Assembly: GCF_006345805.1 (NCBI RefSeq)
Contig: NC_043008.1
Location: 62,372,001-62,436,000, forward strand
Source: Octopus sinensis
Lineage: Eukaryota
Direction of reading: 5' to 3'
DNA: 64,000 bases
Shown here: in pieces, positions 12,011 to 25,240 of the stretch
How positions within the stretch are numbered: the first letter of the stretch is position 1
How the letters are laid out: each line of letters begins with the position of its first letter
Program-made: the position numbers and the translations under genes
Notes under the pieces: model-generated
Told to the model about the DNA's origin: nothing
Databases searched by the model: none
What the model saw: only the letters and a program-made list of their open reading frames with translations

Positions 12011-12959
12011 TGTATGATTTTCTGGTTGTAATTTTTCAAATTTGCTTCCGATAAAAGTAGACCAATGCACAAAAAGAACATGATTTCTTCACTGGAATTT
12101 TGGTCTGTATGTGGGTGCTTATATGATGTGTCTATATTGAATTTCTATACAGAATCGTTAACAGGTTCAATGCATTCTTTTGGAGTTCTAGATTGTTACT
12201 ACATGAGTAAGCTTATAGAGTATAAATTTGCATTTACACTCATATACTTACCAATGATAAGTATATCTAAAATTTTACATATATGTGTAAAAATTTTACA
12301 TATATGTACTTGCTGACGTATGCAGTAATTTCTGGGAAAGCAGGGCCTATCCCTTGGTTCTGTTCTCATAATTGTTTCACTAAGCCAATAATAATACACA
12401 GTATGTAACCCTTAAAACTGTTTTTGTGCCTTTACAGAGAATACCAAACTGTCTTACACAGGATCCTGTTTTTAGGAATTCCCAATTTGTTATGAATACC
12501 CAAATTGTGAAGTCAGTTATGTAATAACATGAAATTAGTTACCCGATAGTAAGAATTCAAATAAAGTAGCCCCCAAAAGGGCTTTAATGCATTCCCATAG
12601 TACATAGAACTTAAGAGGAAATACTAATATGGTATGCGTGCTAAAATCGTGAAGCATGTTACGTAATAACAGGCTAATCAGATATGAGATAATAGCAATT
12701 GAAAGTAAATAACTCTGAAAAGGGCTTTTGTGTATACCCAGAGAATATTATCCTCATGAGTGATAAATTTGGTATATTCGTGAATAAGTCACTAAACGGA
12801 TCAAGTGGATCTATTGTTTAAGAAAATGCTATTTACTTGTTTAAGAGTTGTACTGGATAAATTGCAAAAATAACTCTAACAGTTCAAATACTAAGAAATA
12901 AGCACATTCAATTTGATTTATACCAAATAATTTAGGAAAATGAATGGGTTTTTTTACCT

Positions 12960-13145
12960 TGGCTGTATATACAATCTACTCTTCACTTTGAAGGACATGA
13001 TCTTTGTTACCAGCAAATGTAGTTGCTCCTATACTTTCTCTAACCCATTCTTACTCTGGTTTTAATATTTCTGAACAGTCACTTCATCTTCTAATTATTT
13101 CACCAAGATAACAAAAGCTATCAACCACATATAGCGAGCCACCCT
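12960..13145 (-). mobile_element. RTE LINE RT-region relic
   Basis: Minus strand GSLYVVDSFCYLG...TRVRMG*RKY...VTKIMSFKVKSRLY, matching the RTE V.SF.YLG...RIR.GW.KF...LSL.VK.RLY pattern. Confidence 0.7.
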
Positions 13146-13288
13146 GGCATTTAAGAGAATGTCTTTCTTGTGTGTTCGTGGTTCATTTTGCTGCAGTGCA
13201 TTTAGCAAATATATATTTATACATATATCATCATCATCAGCATCCTCATCATCATCCTCATCATCATCATCACCATCATCACCATCAC

Positions 13289-13320
<32 letters not shown>

Positions 13321-13330
13321 CCACCACCAC

Positions 13331-13375
<45 letters not shown>

Positions 13376-14102
13376 AACACTTTGCTCACCTTGTATGTAA
13401 GTATGTATCTAAATTCTGTAGGACATTTTACTCCCTCTTTTAGTCCCCCTTATACTTTCTTCTTTCTTTCCCTCTTTCTTTTTCTTACTCCCCCTCTCTC
13501 ACATTTCTTGACATTCTCCTTTTATCTCTCTATTTTCCTTCATTATCTCCCTTGTACATTTTCATCTGTCTCTCCCTCTCCCTCTCTCTCCCTATTTCCT
13601 ACCCTAATTCTTCAATCCCTCTTCTCTCTACCTCTCTGCATTCCTTCCACATGACTGGTGTTCAGCCAAGCATGATCTTTCTTTCTCAGCCTGACCACTT
13701 TATTTTCCAGTCTCCTGATTTTCATCAATGTTTTTGCCTCAAGGCTTTCACTCTAAACACCAGCATAACTTAACTTGTCCTTTTAGTCGAAAGACACCTG
13801 TTGTTATCCTCTTGCTGTTTGCATTTGTAATCATATATTTTCTCTGTTTTCTCATTTTTTGTCTGTGTTGTCATACACATTCGCTAGCTTTCTTCCCCAA
13901 ATTTTATGCTCTCAGCTCAGATTTTTAGGGCTTACTAACAGCCTCAACTGTAACAGGCTAAAACTGCAATGATAATTGGAAACTTGACTGATAAACAGAG
14001 GGCCAGGAATGATCCATCCTGGGTTTTCCCTGTCCTTCTTTGTATCATCTATCCGCCCATATGTTTTTACTGTCATCCGTTACATTCTTATTCCGATTTC
14101 GG

Positions 14103-14137
<35 letters not shown>

Positions 14138-14629
14138 CATATATCAATATAGATAGATAAAGAGATAGATAGATAAAAGGGCAAAAATTCTTGACATGTT
14201 CCTGCTTTGTATTAGTTTGGAATAGTACAGCTCCCTCCTGCACTATAACTAACCAGAGAGAGATGGGGGAGAGAAGGAAAGAGATACTAAATTCAACACT
14301 TTCCACATGACTTTGTCTGCTGGGAAGCAAATCCAATTAAAAGACAAAACAAAAACAAAAACAAAAGAACTCTTTATACTCTAACAAGAAACAATTTTTA
14401 ACACAATATAAAATTTAATTAGATAGACATGCTGTTTATATTTCATTAATGATAAACTAATAAACATCATTAATGAACGAGGAATTTTCAAATGTGTTGG
14501 AAAGGAGTAACGACGATGTGGACAACAGCAACAACAACAATGATAACTGTAGTAACAATAATAATATGAATGATAATAATAATAATAATAATAATAATAA
14601 TATCAGCAATGATAATAATCTTTCCTACT

Positions 14630-15030
14630 CTAGGCACAAGGCTCAAAATTTTTAGGGAGTGGAGCCTGTTGATTAAATCGACCCCAGCACACAACTGGTA
14701 CTTAATTCATCAACCCTGAAAGGACAAAAGGCAAATTTGACCTAGGCGGAATTTGAACTCAGAACGTAATGACAGATGAAATACCTATTTCTTTACTATC
14801 CACAAGGGGCTAAACACAGAGAGGACAAACAAGGACAGCCAAAGAGATTAAGTCGATTACATCGACTCCAGTGCATAACTGGTACTTAATTTATCAACCC
14901 CGAAATGATGAAAGGCAAAGTCGACCTTGTTGGAATTTGAACTCTGAATGTAGCGGCAGACAAAATGCTGCTAAGAATTTCACCCGGCGTGCTAATGTTT
15001 CTGCCAGTTCCCTGCCTTTTCTGCCAGCGC
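14630..15030 (-). mobile_element. Tandem pair of SINE family A copies (A2 then A1)
   Basis: Two head-to-tail minus-strand copies, each with gaatttgaactc. Confidence 0.85.
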
Positions 15031-15269
15031 ACCACCTTAATAACAATAATAATAATGATAATAACCTAAAAGTGACATGAAGGGAAGTAGGGATGATAGT
15101 CTAGTGAACAGTGGATATGCCTTATGGTAAAGGTAACCCATTTTCCTGAAACGTGGGAGGTTACTCAGTGTATTTCAAGAATGATCAATCAATGTTTCTT
15201 TGAGAAAGAAAATGTGAAAGGAAAAGAAATTAAAAGAAAAAAAAAGATGAAGCTGATATAAAACCAACA

Positions 15270-16115
15270 GGGAAGATAATGATCATTATTTTGATTGTTG
15301 TCTCCAGCATCTTCATCACGGTGTTGATAATCTTTCTCCTTCTTTCCTTTGCTGTCATCTGCACTCTTCTTATTATCACCTTCCCTATCATTGTCGTCGT
15401 CACTCTCACCATCATCGCCATCATTGCCATTGTCATCATCATCATTGTCATCATCATCATTGTCGCCATCATTATTATCATCATCGTCTTCATCATCATC
15501 ATCATCATCATCATTAACATCATCATCGTCGTCACCAACATCACCACCACCACAACCACAGCCATCATCATCACCATCACCATCGTCATCATCACCATCA
15601 TTGTCGTCGTCGTCATCCTCCTCATCATCATCGTCATTATTGTCACCACTACCACTACCATCACCACCACCACCATCACCACCACCACCATCATCATCAC
15701 CATCACCTTCAACATCGTCATCAACATCGTCATCGTCCTCATCATCACCAACATCATTGGTATCGTCATCAGTTTTACAATCACTCCTCCCCTGTCATCA
15801 CCATCAGGTCCATACATCCATCACTGTCATCTCCCATCTTCATCATCATCATCATCATCATCAATACCATCATCATCACCAGTATCCACCTTCACTATCT
15901 CTTTCCTCATCATCACCTTAACCATATCACCAACCCTTATTTCAACTGAAATCAACACCTTCCCCTTTGTCCTCAACCTCCTTGTCATCATCATCCTCAC
16001 CACATTCATCTTTTGCACCATCCTACTCCTCATCATCCTTACCCTCAACATCAGCTTCTCTACCATCTTCACGATCTTCATCATCGCTCTCACCAGCATC
16101 ACGATTAACACCTGA
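15270..16115. repeat. Long degenerate (CAT/CAC)n tract
   Basis: Directly visible. Confidence 0.95.
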
Positions 16116-16189
16116 GTATGATCTAATCACTGAAGGCATTCTTCATTCTTATTGTGGCTACGATAAAGACGACAACAACAACGATGATG

Positions 16190-16750
16190 TTGATACCAAG
16201 GACAAGGTGGCTATAGTGATGGTGGTGGTGGTGGTAGTGGTAGTGTTGGTGTTGGTGATGATGATGTTGGTGATGATGATGTTGGTGATGGTGGTGGTGG
16301 TGGTAGTGGTGGTGGTGGTGGTGGTGGTGGTATTGGTGGTGGTGGTGGTGGTGGTGACGGTGGCGACGGCGGCGGTGGTACTGTTGGTGATGATGATGAT
16401 GATGGTGGCAGTGGTGTTGATGGTGGTGTTGGTGATGATGATGATGGTGATGGTTTTGGTGGTGGTGTTGATGGTGGTGTTGGTGATGATGAAGATGGTG
16501 GTGGTGGTGGTGGTGGTGGTGGTGTTGGTGATGATGAAGATGGTGGTGGTGGTGTTGGTGATGAGGAAGATGGTGGTGGTGGTGGTGGTGTTGGTGATGA
16601 TGATGATGGTGGTGGTGGTAATGATGATTATGATGTTGATGGTGGTCATGGTGATGATGCTGAAGTTGATGATGATGATGATGAGGATTATGACAATGGC
16701 GGTGCGGGATGTGGGGATAGGGGTGGTTGTTCTGGTGGTGTTGTTGGTGG
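16190..16750. repeat. Long (GGT/GAT)n tract
   Basis: Directly visible; complementary in composition to the preceding tract. Confidence 0.95.
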
Positions 16751-17221
16751 TGTACAGATCAAACACCTCTCTTACATGTCCTAGAAATACAAAACCTTCA
16801 CTCATATTCCTCATCCATCTTCACTCAGAACAAGGCATGGCTGTGTGGTAAGAAGTTTGCTTCCCAACCACATGATTCTGGGTTCAGTTCCACAGCATGG
16901 CACCTAGGAGGACATTCTTCATGGCCCTTGCTATATTTTTGTCAACTTATTTTCCCCTGAGGCACCAGCGAATAGCAGTAAAAATAATTTTTCAACCAAA
17001 ACTTTTAACAATTTTCAAGTCAGAGAAAAAAACCATTGTTTGCAAACAGGAGTTAAGTCCCCTTCTAGTGCTGAGTAAGTTTTTGTTAAGAATTTTGTTG
17101 TTTTATTTTTCCATCAAGGGAAAAAAGTGTTTTGTTGATATACGGGCAACACACACATGAAAATGTATGCATACAAAAAACATGTATGCAATAGGTGTAT
17201 GTATGCATGTGTGTGTGTTGC

Positions 17222-17281
<60 letters not shown>

Positions 17282-17309
17282 ATACATACATACATATATG
17301 TAAGCACCA

Positions 17310-17536
17310 ACCGATCATGGTTGCTGCCAGACTCCCCTGGCACCTGTGCTGGTGGCACGTAAAAAGCACCCACTACACTCACGGAGTGGTTCGCGTTACG
17401 AAGGGCATCCAGCTGTAGAAACACTGCCAGATCAAACCGGAGCCTGGTGCAGCCTCCTGGCTTCCCAGACCCCGGTCGAACCGTCCAACCCATGCTAGCG
17501 CGGAAAACGGATGTTAAACGATGATGATGATGATGA
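17310..17536 (+). mobile_element. SINE-like family C copy
   Basis: Ends cggaaaacggatgttaaacgatgatgatgatg. Confidence 0.85.
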
Positions 17537-17547
17537 TATATATATAT

Positions 17548-17578
<31 letters not shown>

Positions 17579-17635
17579 GTACGTTTAAATATTTGTTGTG
17601 CAAGATTTTTTATGTGAAGTCGTGTGTTGAAACAG

Positions 17636-18106
17636 ATATTGTTATATTTCGGAATGGTCATATTGCCAGTTTAGCCAATAAAAACACACGCACTATATAT
17701 TTGGTGTTATTTTGCTTCAGTGATATTTATTTTTTACATTAATCTTAATCTTATTTCGGCCAAAGTTCTTTCGTCACACTCCTGTGACCGCATCAGTGGT
17801 CCTTTGTTTTCTTCTCACTTACTTGTGTCTCTCCTTACTAACCGTCAGCCATTTTGTATTTCTATTGTATTATACAATAGAAATACAAAATGGCTGACGG
17901 TTAGTAAGGAGAGACACAAGTAAGTGAGAAGAAAACAAAGGACCACTGATGCAGTCACAGGAGTGTGACGAAAGAACTTTGGCCGAAATAAGATTAAGAT
18001 TAATGTAAAAAATAAATATCACTGAAGCAAAATAACACCAAATATATAGTGCGTGTGTTTTTATTGGCTAAACTGGCAATATGACCATTCCGAAATATAA
18101 CAATAT
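17636..18106. repeat. Near-perfect palindrome, 235-bp arms, 1-nt centre
   Basis: Arms 17636-17870 and 17872-18106; I found a single mismatch (gtgaccgc versus gcagtcac). Confidence 0.95.
17940..17984 (+). ncRNA. Minimal type I hammerhead-like motif, non-canonical core (mirror copy at 17758-17802 on the minus strand)
   Basis: GGACCA-CUGAUGCA-GUCAC-aggagu-GUGAC-GAAA-GAACUU-UGGCC: perfect 5-bp stem II, 2-bp stem III, bulged stem I; the core has C where A9 is expected. Confidence 0.5.
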
Positions 18107-18244
18107 ATATATATGTATATAAACCAATTACAATGGATTTCACCCAAATTTGACGTCGATGTTACTTACTTCGGTTTGAAATAAAGAACTTGATTAGCTT
18201 AATAATCCTAACTTAATCCCGAACAAAGCCAGGTTATACTGCTA

Positions 18245-18280
<36 letters not shown>

Positions 18281-19469
18281 TTGAATGTACACATTATTTA
18301 AAATAAGACCTACTAATAGTTTCTTGCCAAAAAGACACTGAGACCAGGCAGATTTATATAACACACCTTGAATCTTTAAGTAATCTGGAGGCTCAGGGTA
18401 AATCTCAGGTACGATTGTCAGTTCATCTCAGCTTAGTTGTCCACATTGGTTTATTCCATATTAAACCATGTTTGAAATTTCATCAGAGGTGGGTTGAACC
18501 CTGTCTCAGGTGGAAGACAACATGGGAACTCTGAACAGCTTAGCTCATCAAACTTTAAGCTTATATAAACAAATACAACTAACTATTATATTAAACATAA
18601 TTAAATAGCCTGACTTGCAGTGCGTAGCTCACATTTTAGAACATGTTTTAAATGTAAACCTTGAAGATTGCTTCAGCTGTGTAATCTTCCAACAAGATGG
18701 CAGTCTTCACTTATGGACAATCAAATTGAAGAAATCCAAACATTTGCTTTTGTTTGTTACACTTTTATGAAAAGGATAAAATATTACGAGATTATTTGTT
18801 CTATTAATAATTGTGAAGCTTTTGTGTTTTATTCATTAATTTAACAACAGTGTATCATTCTAAAAGACTTGTAATTATCTCTAAGATTTCACTTTGGTTG
18901 ATTGTATTGCATAACACTTCCTCCTCCATTTCGTAATAGCTATATTACATTCGCAGATGAGAATAGATTAAATTAAGCTAGGAATACAATTTTCAGGAAT
19001 CTTTCAATTGTTACTGGAGCATTTGTTTGAAGAAGATGTTTCCATTGACATCCTTCAATATACCAAAAAATAACAAGAATAACAACAAAACCAATATGGC
19101 AAAAACATTATTGAATTCTTCAGTCTAATTTTCATTTGTAGATATAATTAGTGATTTAATATAAGATCTTGTATGTGTGGTTCTTTGTTAAAGTGTTGAT
19201 AAGTTGTTGATACAACAGGTATTCAAATATGTGTAGATTCATTACCATTACTAATAATGGTTTCAAATTTTAGCACAAGGCCAGCAATTTTGGAGGACTG
19301 CTAAGTTGATCAAATCAGTCCCAGTGCTCAACTGGTATTTATTTTGTTGATCTCCAAAAGGATGACAGGCAAAGTCAACCTTGACAGAATTTGAACTCAG
19401 AACGTAACAACAGATGAAATACTGTTAACCATTTTGCCTGGTTTGCTAATAATTCTGCCAGCTTTAATG

Positions 19470-19474
<5 letters not shown>

Positions 19475-19518
<44 letters not shown>

Positions 19519-19525
19519 TAATAAA

Positions 19526-19566
<41 letters not shown>

Positions 19567-19751
19567 TAATAATGACCTGATGCAGTACCAGGCAGTGGCT
19601 CTCGTGGCTTCTGATCTTAAAACTGGCAAAATGACTATTCCAAAATACTACAATATTATTATTATTATTATTATTATCATTATTATTACTATCATCGTTG
19701 TCATCATCATCATCATCATCTTATAACAACAACAACAACAACAACAATAAC

Positions 19752-19785
<34 letters not shown>

Positions 19786-19790
19786 CCTGA
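19475..19790. repeat. (AAT/AAC)n and (ATT/CAT)n tracts with a duplicated cctgatgcagtaccaggcagtggctct retroposon end
   Basis: The same ~45-bp end follows (AAT)n at ~19575 and at ~19785. Confidence 0.75.
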
Positions 19791-20289
19791 TGCAGTACCA
19801 GGCAGTGGCTCTTGTGGCTTCTGATCTAAACTGATTGGAAGTGTTATCATGTACATTGTTTTGTCTTGGTATAAAAGATGGGCTACAGCAAATATTCTGC
19901 TCAATACCACAGATTTGCTTGTCAGTTGTTTGACCTTAACCAGTTGAGCATGTCCCTTAGTGGCTGACGATATGTGCATCTCTGATCAAGAGCAGAAGTA
20001 GTGGGGAAGCATCGTAGCCATGTGTTGAGAGGGTTTCTCTTATTTGTTTATTGGCGACAAGGGCTTACATAAAATTACATTAAAACACATACAACAGCAT
20101 AAAAGACAAAAATAGGACAATACAATGGGTTTTACAATGTGTAAACAATATATATAATTATAAAAAATTAAACAGTTTAAAACTCCCAATAGGGGAGATG
20201 CTTTAGGGGCCTTGTGGAAAACCTCACAAAAGCCACAAGTGCCTGAACAAGGTAAGGGCCCTTTTCTTTTTATCCTTTCTACTAAACGC

Positions 20290-20700
20290 ACAAGGTCTGA
20301 AATTTTGGGAGAGGAACTAGTCGATTATATCAACCCCAGTTTTCAACTGTTACTTATTTTGTCTACCCCAATGGGATGAAAGGCGAAGTTGACCTCGGTG
20401 GAATTTGAACTCAGAATGTAACAATGGCTGAAATACTGCTAAGCATTTTGCCTGGTGTGCTAATGGTTCTGCCAGCTTACCACCTAATGTAGTAATTATG
20501 GTTTCAAGTCTTGGTACAAGGCCAGCAAATTCATGGGAAGAAGTAAGTCAATTACATCGACTCTGGTAATCTGTTTTATTGACCCTGAAAGGATAAAAAG
20601 CATAGTCGACTTCAGTGGAATTTGAACTCAGAACGTAAAGATGGATGAAATGCTGGTAAGCATTTAGACCACCATGCTTACGATTCTGCCCACTTACCAC
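20290..20700 (-). mobile_element. Two SINE family A2 copies
   Basis: Two gaatttgaactcagaa modules with aggccttgtgc-type tails on the minus strand. Confidence 0.8.
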
Positions 20701-21834
20701 CTGAATAATATTACCTATATTACATATTAAACACTATGTGAGTTTATGTGCGGGAAATTTGTTTGATGTCAGATATATGGGAGGCTGTTGAATATATATT
20801 TTTCTCCTCCTCCTCTTTCTCCTACTCCTACTCCTCATCATCATCGTCATTGTCATCGTCATTGTCATTGTCATTGTCATCTTTTTGTTGTCATCACTGT
20901 GATCATTGTTGTCATCATCATTGTCATCATCGTCGTTGTCGTCGTCATCGTCATCATCATCATTTCATGCCTGTTTCCTTGCTGGCATGAGTTAGTCAGT
21001 GAGAATGGCAAGTAGATGTAAATGATGATGACGATGACAACGATGATAATCTTGATGATGATAACAATGATAATGATGATGATGAAGATGATCAGCCTGT
21101 AGGTGATGATGACGACATTGTCATCTCTTTCCTTATGTGTGTGTGTGTGTGTATGCATGTGTATGTGTGTGCACACGTGCACGCATACATGTGTCTTTAT
21201 GTCTGTGCTTGTCTGTCCCCTCTGCTTGACAACAGTTGCTGTGGAGTTTTATGCCCCTCTAGCATTGTGGTTTGTGAAAACAGACTGACTGGATAAGTCC
21301 ATAAACATAAGCACTGAGTTTGAACCATTCAACCAAAATTCCTCGAAGCAGAGCCTCAGCATGGAGTCACTAAAACAAGTAAAACATAAAAAATAAAAAT
21401 ATTAGGATTTATTAAATCTGAAAATGAAGTGTTTACTTAATTTATTTATTTCCTTTCCTTTTTTCATTTTTAAGATCCCAAACACAAGATATGGCACACC
21501 TTGTGACTGCTTAAGTTACCAGTATTTCCAGCTTGATGGTGGATGGAAGCACTCTGTCGGTTATGACGACGAGGGTTCCGGTTGATCCGAATCAACGGAA
21601 CAGCCTGCTCGTGAAATTAATGTGTGAGTGGCTGAGCACTCCACAGACACGTGTTGCCTTAACGTAGTTCTTGGGGATATTCAGCGTGACACAAGAGAGT
21701 GACAAGGCCGGCCCTTTGAAATACAGGTACAACAGAAACAGGAAGTAAGCTTGATGGTACCTTCAATCAGTCCTGATCATGTCTGAACTAAGACTAAACA
21801 ACAAGAAGAGTGACAACTATATTCTTTCCTAATC

Positions 21835-22130
21835 TAGGCACAAGGCCCGAAATTTGGGGGAAGGGGAGACAGTCGATTAGATCGCCCCAGTACGCAACTG
21901 GTACTTAATTCATCGACCCCAAAAGGATGATAGGTGAAGTTGACCATGGAGGAATTTGAACCCGGAACGTAAAGCACAAGGCCCAAAATCTTTTGGGACG
22001 GGAAACAGTCAATTAGATCTACCCCAGTACGTAACTGGTACTTAATTTATCAAACCTGAAAGGATGAAAGGTAAAGTCAACCTAGGAGGAATTTGAACTC
22101 AGAACATAAAGACAGACAAAATACCACTTA
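21835..22130 (-). mobile_element. Two tandem SINE family A2 copies
   Basis: ggcacaaggcccgaaattt... and gcacaaggcccaaaatc... modules repeated in tandem. Confidence 0.8.
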
Positions 22131-22349
22131 ACATTCACTCAGCATTCATTTTCCACTAAACACACAAGGTTTGAGATTTTTGGAGCGACATGCATGCTTA
22201 TTTGTGGATGTGCATAAATTACATTCACGTACACACAAACACACACACACACACATGCATCCTGCCTTTTATATATACAGATATATGCAAACTAGCTAGT
22301 CAAGAAAATCTCTACAAGAGATGAAAGCAGCATTCATACTGACAAGTAG

Positions 22350-23180
22350 TGTTTAACATAGCTATTCCCTAGAAACCAATGACACTGCGATTTTAACCCC
22401 AGGAGGACAGTCCACTAGCTGGTTATGCAGTGCACTCTGCACTCATATAAATTGTAAGTGGGCAGAGAACTCCCTACTATTTTTACGTGAAGACTATCAG
22501 GTTGTATGGCAGTATTGTCTGTTCCTAGGGAACAACCATGTTAAGATGGCATTAAACGCTTCTTGTCATTACGGATATTGCTTTCATCTCTTGAAGTGAT
22601 TTTCTTGACTAGCTACTTTACTTGTTACAAGGTCAGTGACTGCGTGTCCCTTATTTTTCTATATATTTTCTATATATTACAAGCTGGATTGAACTACTAC
22701 TATGTCTAGCAGATGAGTATTCTTCACTGAGGATACTGTATGGTCAAATGGTCTCGGGGTTAAAATAGTAAGGAGTTCTCTCCCTGCTTGCAATATATAT
22801 CATGTGCAGCGATATATATGATATATAAGGCAGTGAGTTGGTAGAATCGTTAGCACACTGAGCAAAATGCTTAGCGTTATTTCGTCTGCCGTTACATTCT
22901 GAGTTCAAATTCCGCCAAGGTCGACTTTGCCTTTCATCCTTTCGGGTTCGATTAAATAAGTACCAGTTATGCACTGGGGTCGTTGTAATCGACTTAATCC
23001 CTTTGTCTGTCTTTGTTTGTTTCCTCTATGTTTAGCCCACTGTGGGTGATAAAAAAAAAGAAATATATATCATGTGCAGAGCGCACTGTATAACCATCTG
23101 GAGGAGGTGTCCACCTGGGGTTAAAACAGCATTGTTTTCCATTCCTAGGGAACAGCAGCATTTAGATGGTGTTTAACACT
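22350..23180. mobile_element. Nested inverted-repeat element(s) carrying a SINE A insertion
   Basis: ttttaaccccaggaggaca...tgcactctgcac (22385-22442) is inverted at 23066-23126; a second inverted pair lies at ~22455 and ~22760. Confidence 0.6.
22827..23063 (+). mobile_element. SINE family A1 with TSD
   Basis: aatatatatcatgtgcag occurs on both sides (~22792 and ~23062). Confidence 0.9.
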
Positions 23181-23228
23181 ATTTATAATATATATAGATA
23201 TATATGTATATATATATATGTGTGTGTG

Positions 23229-23281
<53 letters not shown>

Positions 23282-23880
23282 ATGTGTGTGTGTGTAGAGC
23301 AAATGAAAGATGGAAGTGATGGAAGATGGAATATACATACACGTCTATATACATGCATACATATATTTATATTTATACACACGCACATGTGTGAGCGCAT
23401 ATATATATATATGTTTGTATATATACATGTATGTATACATACATGTATTTGAAAACCAGTCCACATATTAATTAGACATCAGAAGGATTCACTGAAATAT
23501 TATTATCTAAACTATTCTTATTTCTTTTATTCAAGTTTTCCATGTGTTAGTGACATACAACTATAATAGCGAATAATGGATTATGGCTTCTTTGTTCCTT
23601 AGTTTTGTTAAGAATGCATTTCCCATTCTTTCTTGGTATTGGTCACTCTCTGCAGCTTGGCAACACCATTTGATGTTAATAACAGTAAACTATGGCAATT
23701 CTTTAGCTGTCAATAGCGGCAGGGATATTTCTCCATGAAAAGGATTACATCAATACAAGCTTTTAATTACATTTTTCCACTCAAAAGCCCTGAATCTAAT
23801 AATTATTTTATATTTTATCCCCAGCAATTAAATTTTTTAATCTTAGATATTTTCTTATTAATCTATGTAATTGATAAATT

Positions 23881-24123
23881 GTGGAGGTGCATGGCTTTGT
23901 CATTAGGATATCAGCATCATGATCGTAAGATTGTGGTTTCGATTCCTGGACCAGGCGACGCGTTGTGTTCTTGAGCAAAACACTCCACTTTATGTTGCTC
24001 CAGTCCACTCAGCTGGCAAAAATGAGTAACGCTGCGATGGACTGGCATCCCGTCCAGCTGGAGAACACATACGCCATTGAAACCGGGAAACTGGGCTCAT
24101 GAGCCTGGCTAGGCTTTAAAAGG
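23881..24123 (+). mobile_element. tRNA-derived SINE family D (other copies 44690-44923 -, 45120-45400 +, 46350-46660 +)
   Basis: Head with ggtttcgattcc B-box, gttcttgagcaaaacact CORE-like segment, tail gcgatggactggcatcccgtccag...catgagcctggctagg. Confidence 0.8.
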
Positions 24124-24128
24124 CCGCA

Positions 24129-24423
24129 GTGGAGGCACAATGACCCAGTGGTTAGGGCAGCGGACTCGCAGTCAGAGGGGCGCGGTTTCGATTCCCAGAC
24201 TGAGAGTTGTGTGTGTTTATTGAGCGAAAACACCTAAAAGCTCCACGAAGCTCCAGCAGGAGGTGGTGGCAAACCCTGTTGTACTCTTTCACCACAAATT
24301 TCTCTCACTCTCTCTTTTCCTGTTTCTTGAGTAATGCTGCAATGGACTGGCATCCCGTTCAGCTGGGGAGAATACATATGCCACAGAAACCGGGCCCATG
24401 AGCCTGGCTGGGCTTGAAAAGGG
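24129..24423 (+). mobile_element. tRNA-derived SINE family E
   Basis: A-box-like tgacccagtgg, B-box ggtttcgattcc; body as in 6845-7155; tail shared with family D. Confidence 0.8.
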
Positions 24424-24504
24424 TGAAAAAAAAAAATGATAAATCAGGTTGTGTACTTGTCTTCTTTCTTCTTCTTCGTCTTGTTGTTATTATTGCTATT
24501 AATA

Positions 24505-24945
24505 CTAAGGCACGCTGGGCAAATTGCTTTGTGGCATCTCCCTGTCTTTATGTTCCGAGTTCAAATTCTGCCAAGGTCAACTTTACCTTTCATCCTTTCG
24601 GGGCTGATGGATTAAATACCAGTGGAACACTGGGGTTGATGTAATTGGTTAGTGCCCTCTCCCCAAATTTCAGGGCTTGTACTTTTAATTAGAAAGGATT
24701 ATTATTATTATTATTAATACTAAGGCAGTGAGCTGTCTGAATAGTTAGCACACCAGGCAAAATGCTTAGTGGTATTTCGTCTGTCTTTACATTCTGAGTT
24801 CAAATTCCGCTGAAGTCAACTTTGCCTTTCATCATTTTGGGGTCAATAAAAGGAGTACCTGTTAAACACAGGGGTTGATGTAATTGGCTTGCCCCACCTC
24901 TCAAACTTGATGGGCTTCTGCCAAAATTTGAAATCATTATCATTA
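24505..24945 (+). mobile_element. Two tandem SINE family A2 copies joined through (ATT)n
   Basis: The second head (taaggcagtgagc) starts in the gattattattatt tail of the first. Confidence 0.8.
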
Positions 24946-24965
24946 TTATTGTTCCTTGTTGTTGT

Positions 24966-25240
24966 TCCAGTGCGTCCATGCTGTCAACAAAGCATGTGGA
25001 GTTCTGTTTTTGATTCGACGGTCATTCAGAATGCTCACAGCAGCCATATTCCTACCACTCTATGTCACGCTGGTGAGACCCATATTGGAGTACAGGATTC
25101 AAACCTCTTCTCTTTATCTCCTCAAAGACATACATCATCTCGAAAGAGTCCAGAAGCTGGCTACCTACATGGTTCTTGGTCTCAAGCATTTGTCTTATGA
25201 AGAAAGGCTAAAGACGCTTGACCTTTATTCTCTAGAAAAA
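24966..25240 (+). mobile_element. CR1/L2-clade LINE reverse transcriptase C-terminal fragment
   Basis: AVNKACGVLFLIRRSF...LPLYVTLVRPILEY...LERVQKLAT...LSYEERLKTLDLYSLEK. Confidence 0.9.

Noticed and set aside
15230-16851. Long ORFs (190-294 aa) in the track, and similar ones at 3838, 11610, 13172, 27880, 41393, 42353-43203 and 51455-52102
   Set aside because: They are translations of stop-free tri-, di- or tetranucleotide repeats, open in several frames on both strands, with no domain content.
21560-21625. AUGACGA...stem...GAAAUUAAU hammerhead-like fold
   Set aside because: C3 is missing, there is an extra U before GAAA and G at the cleavage position, and it lies antisense to the SINE D tail; more likely a LINE-derived 3' stem-loop.
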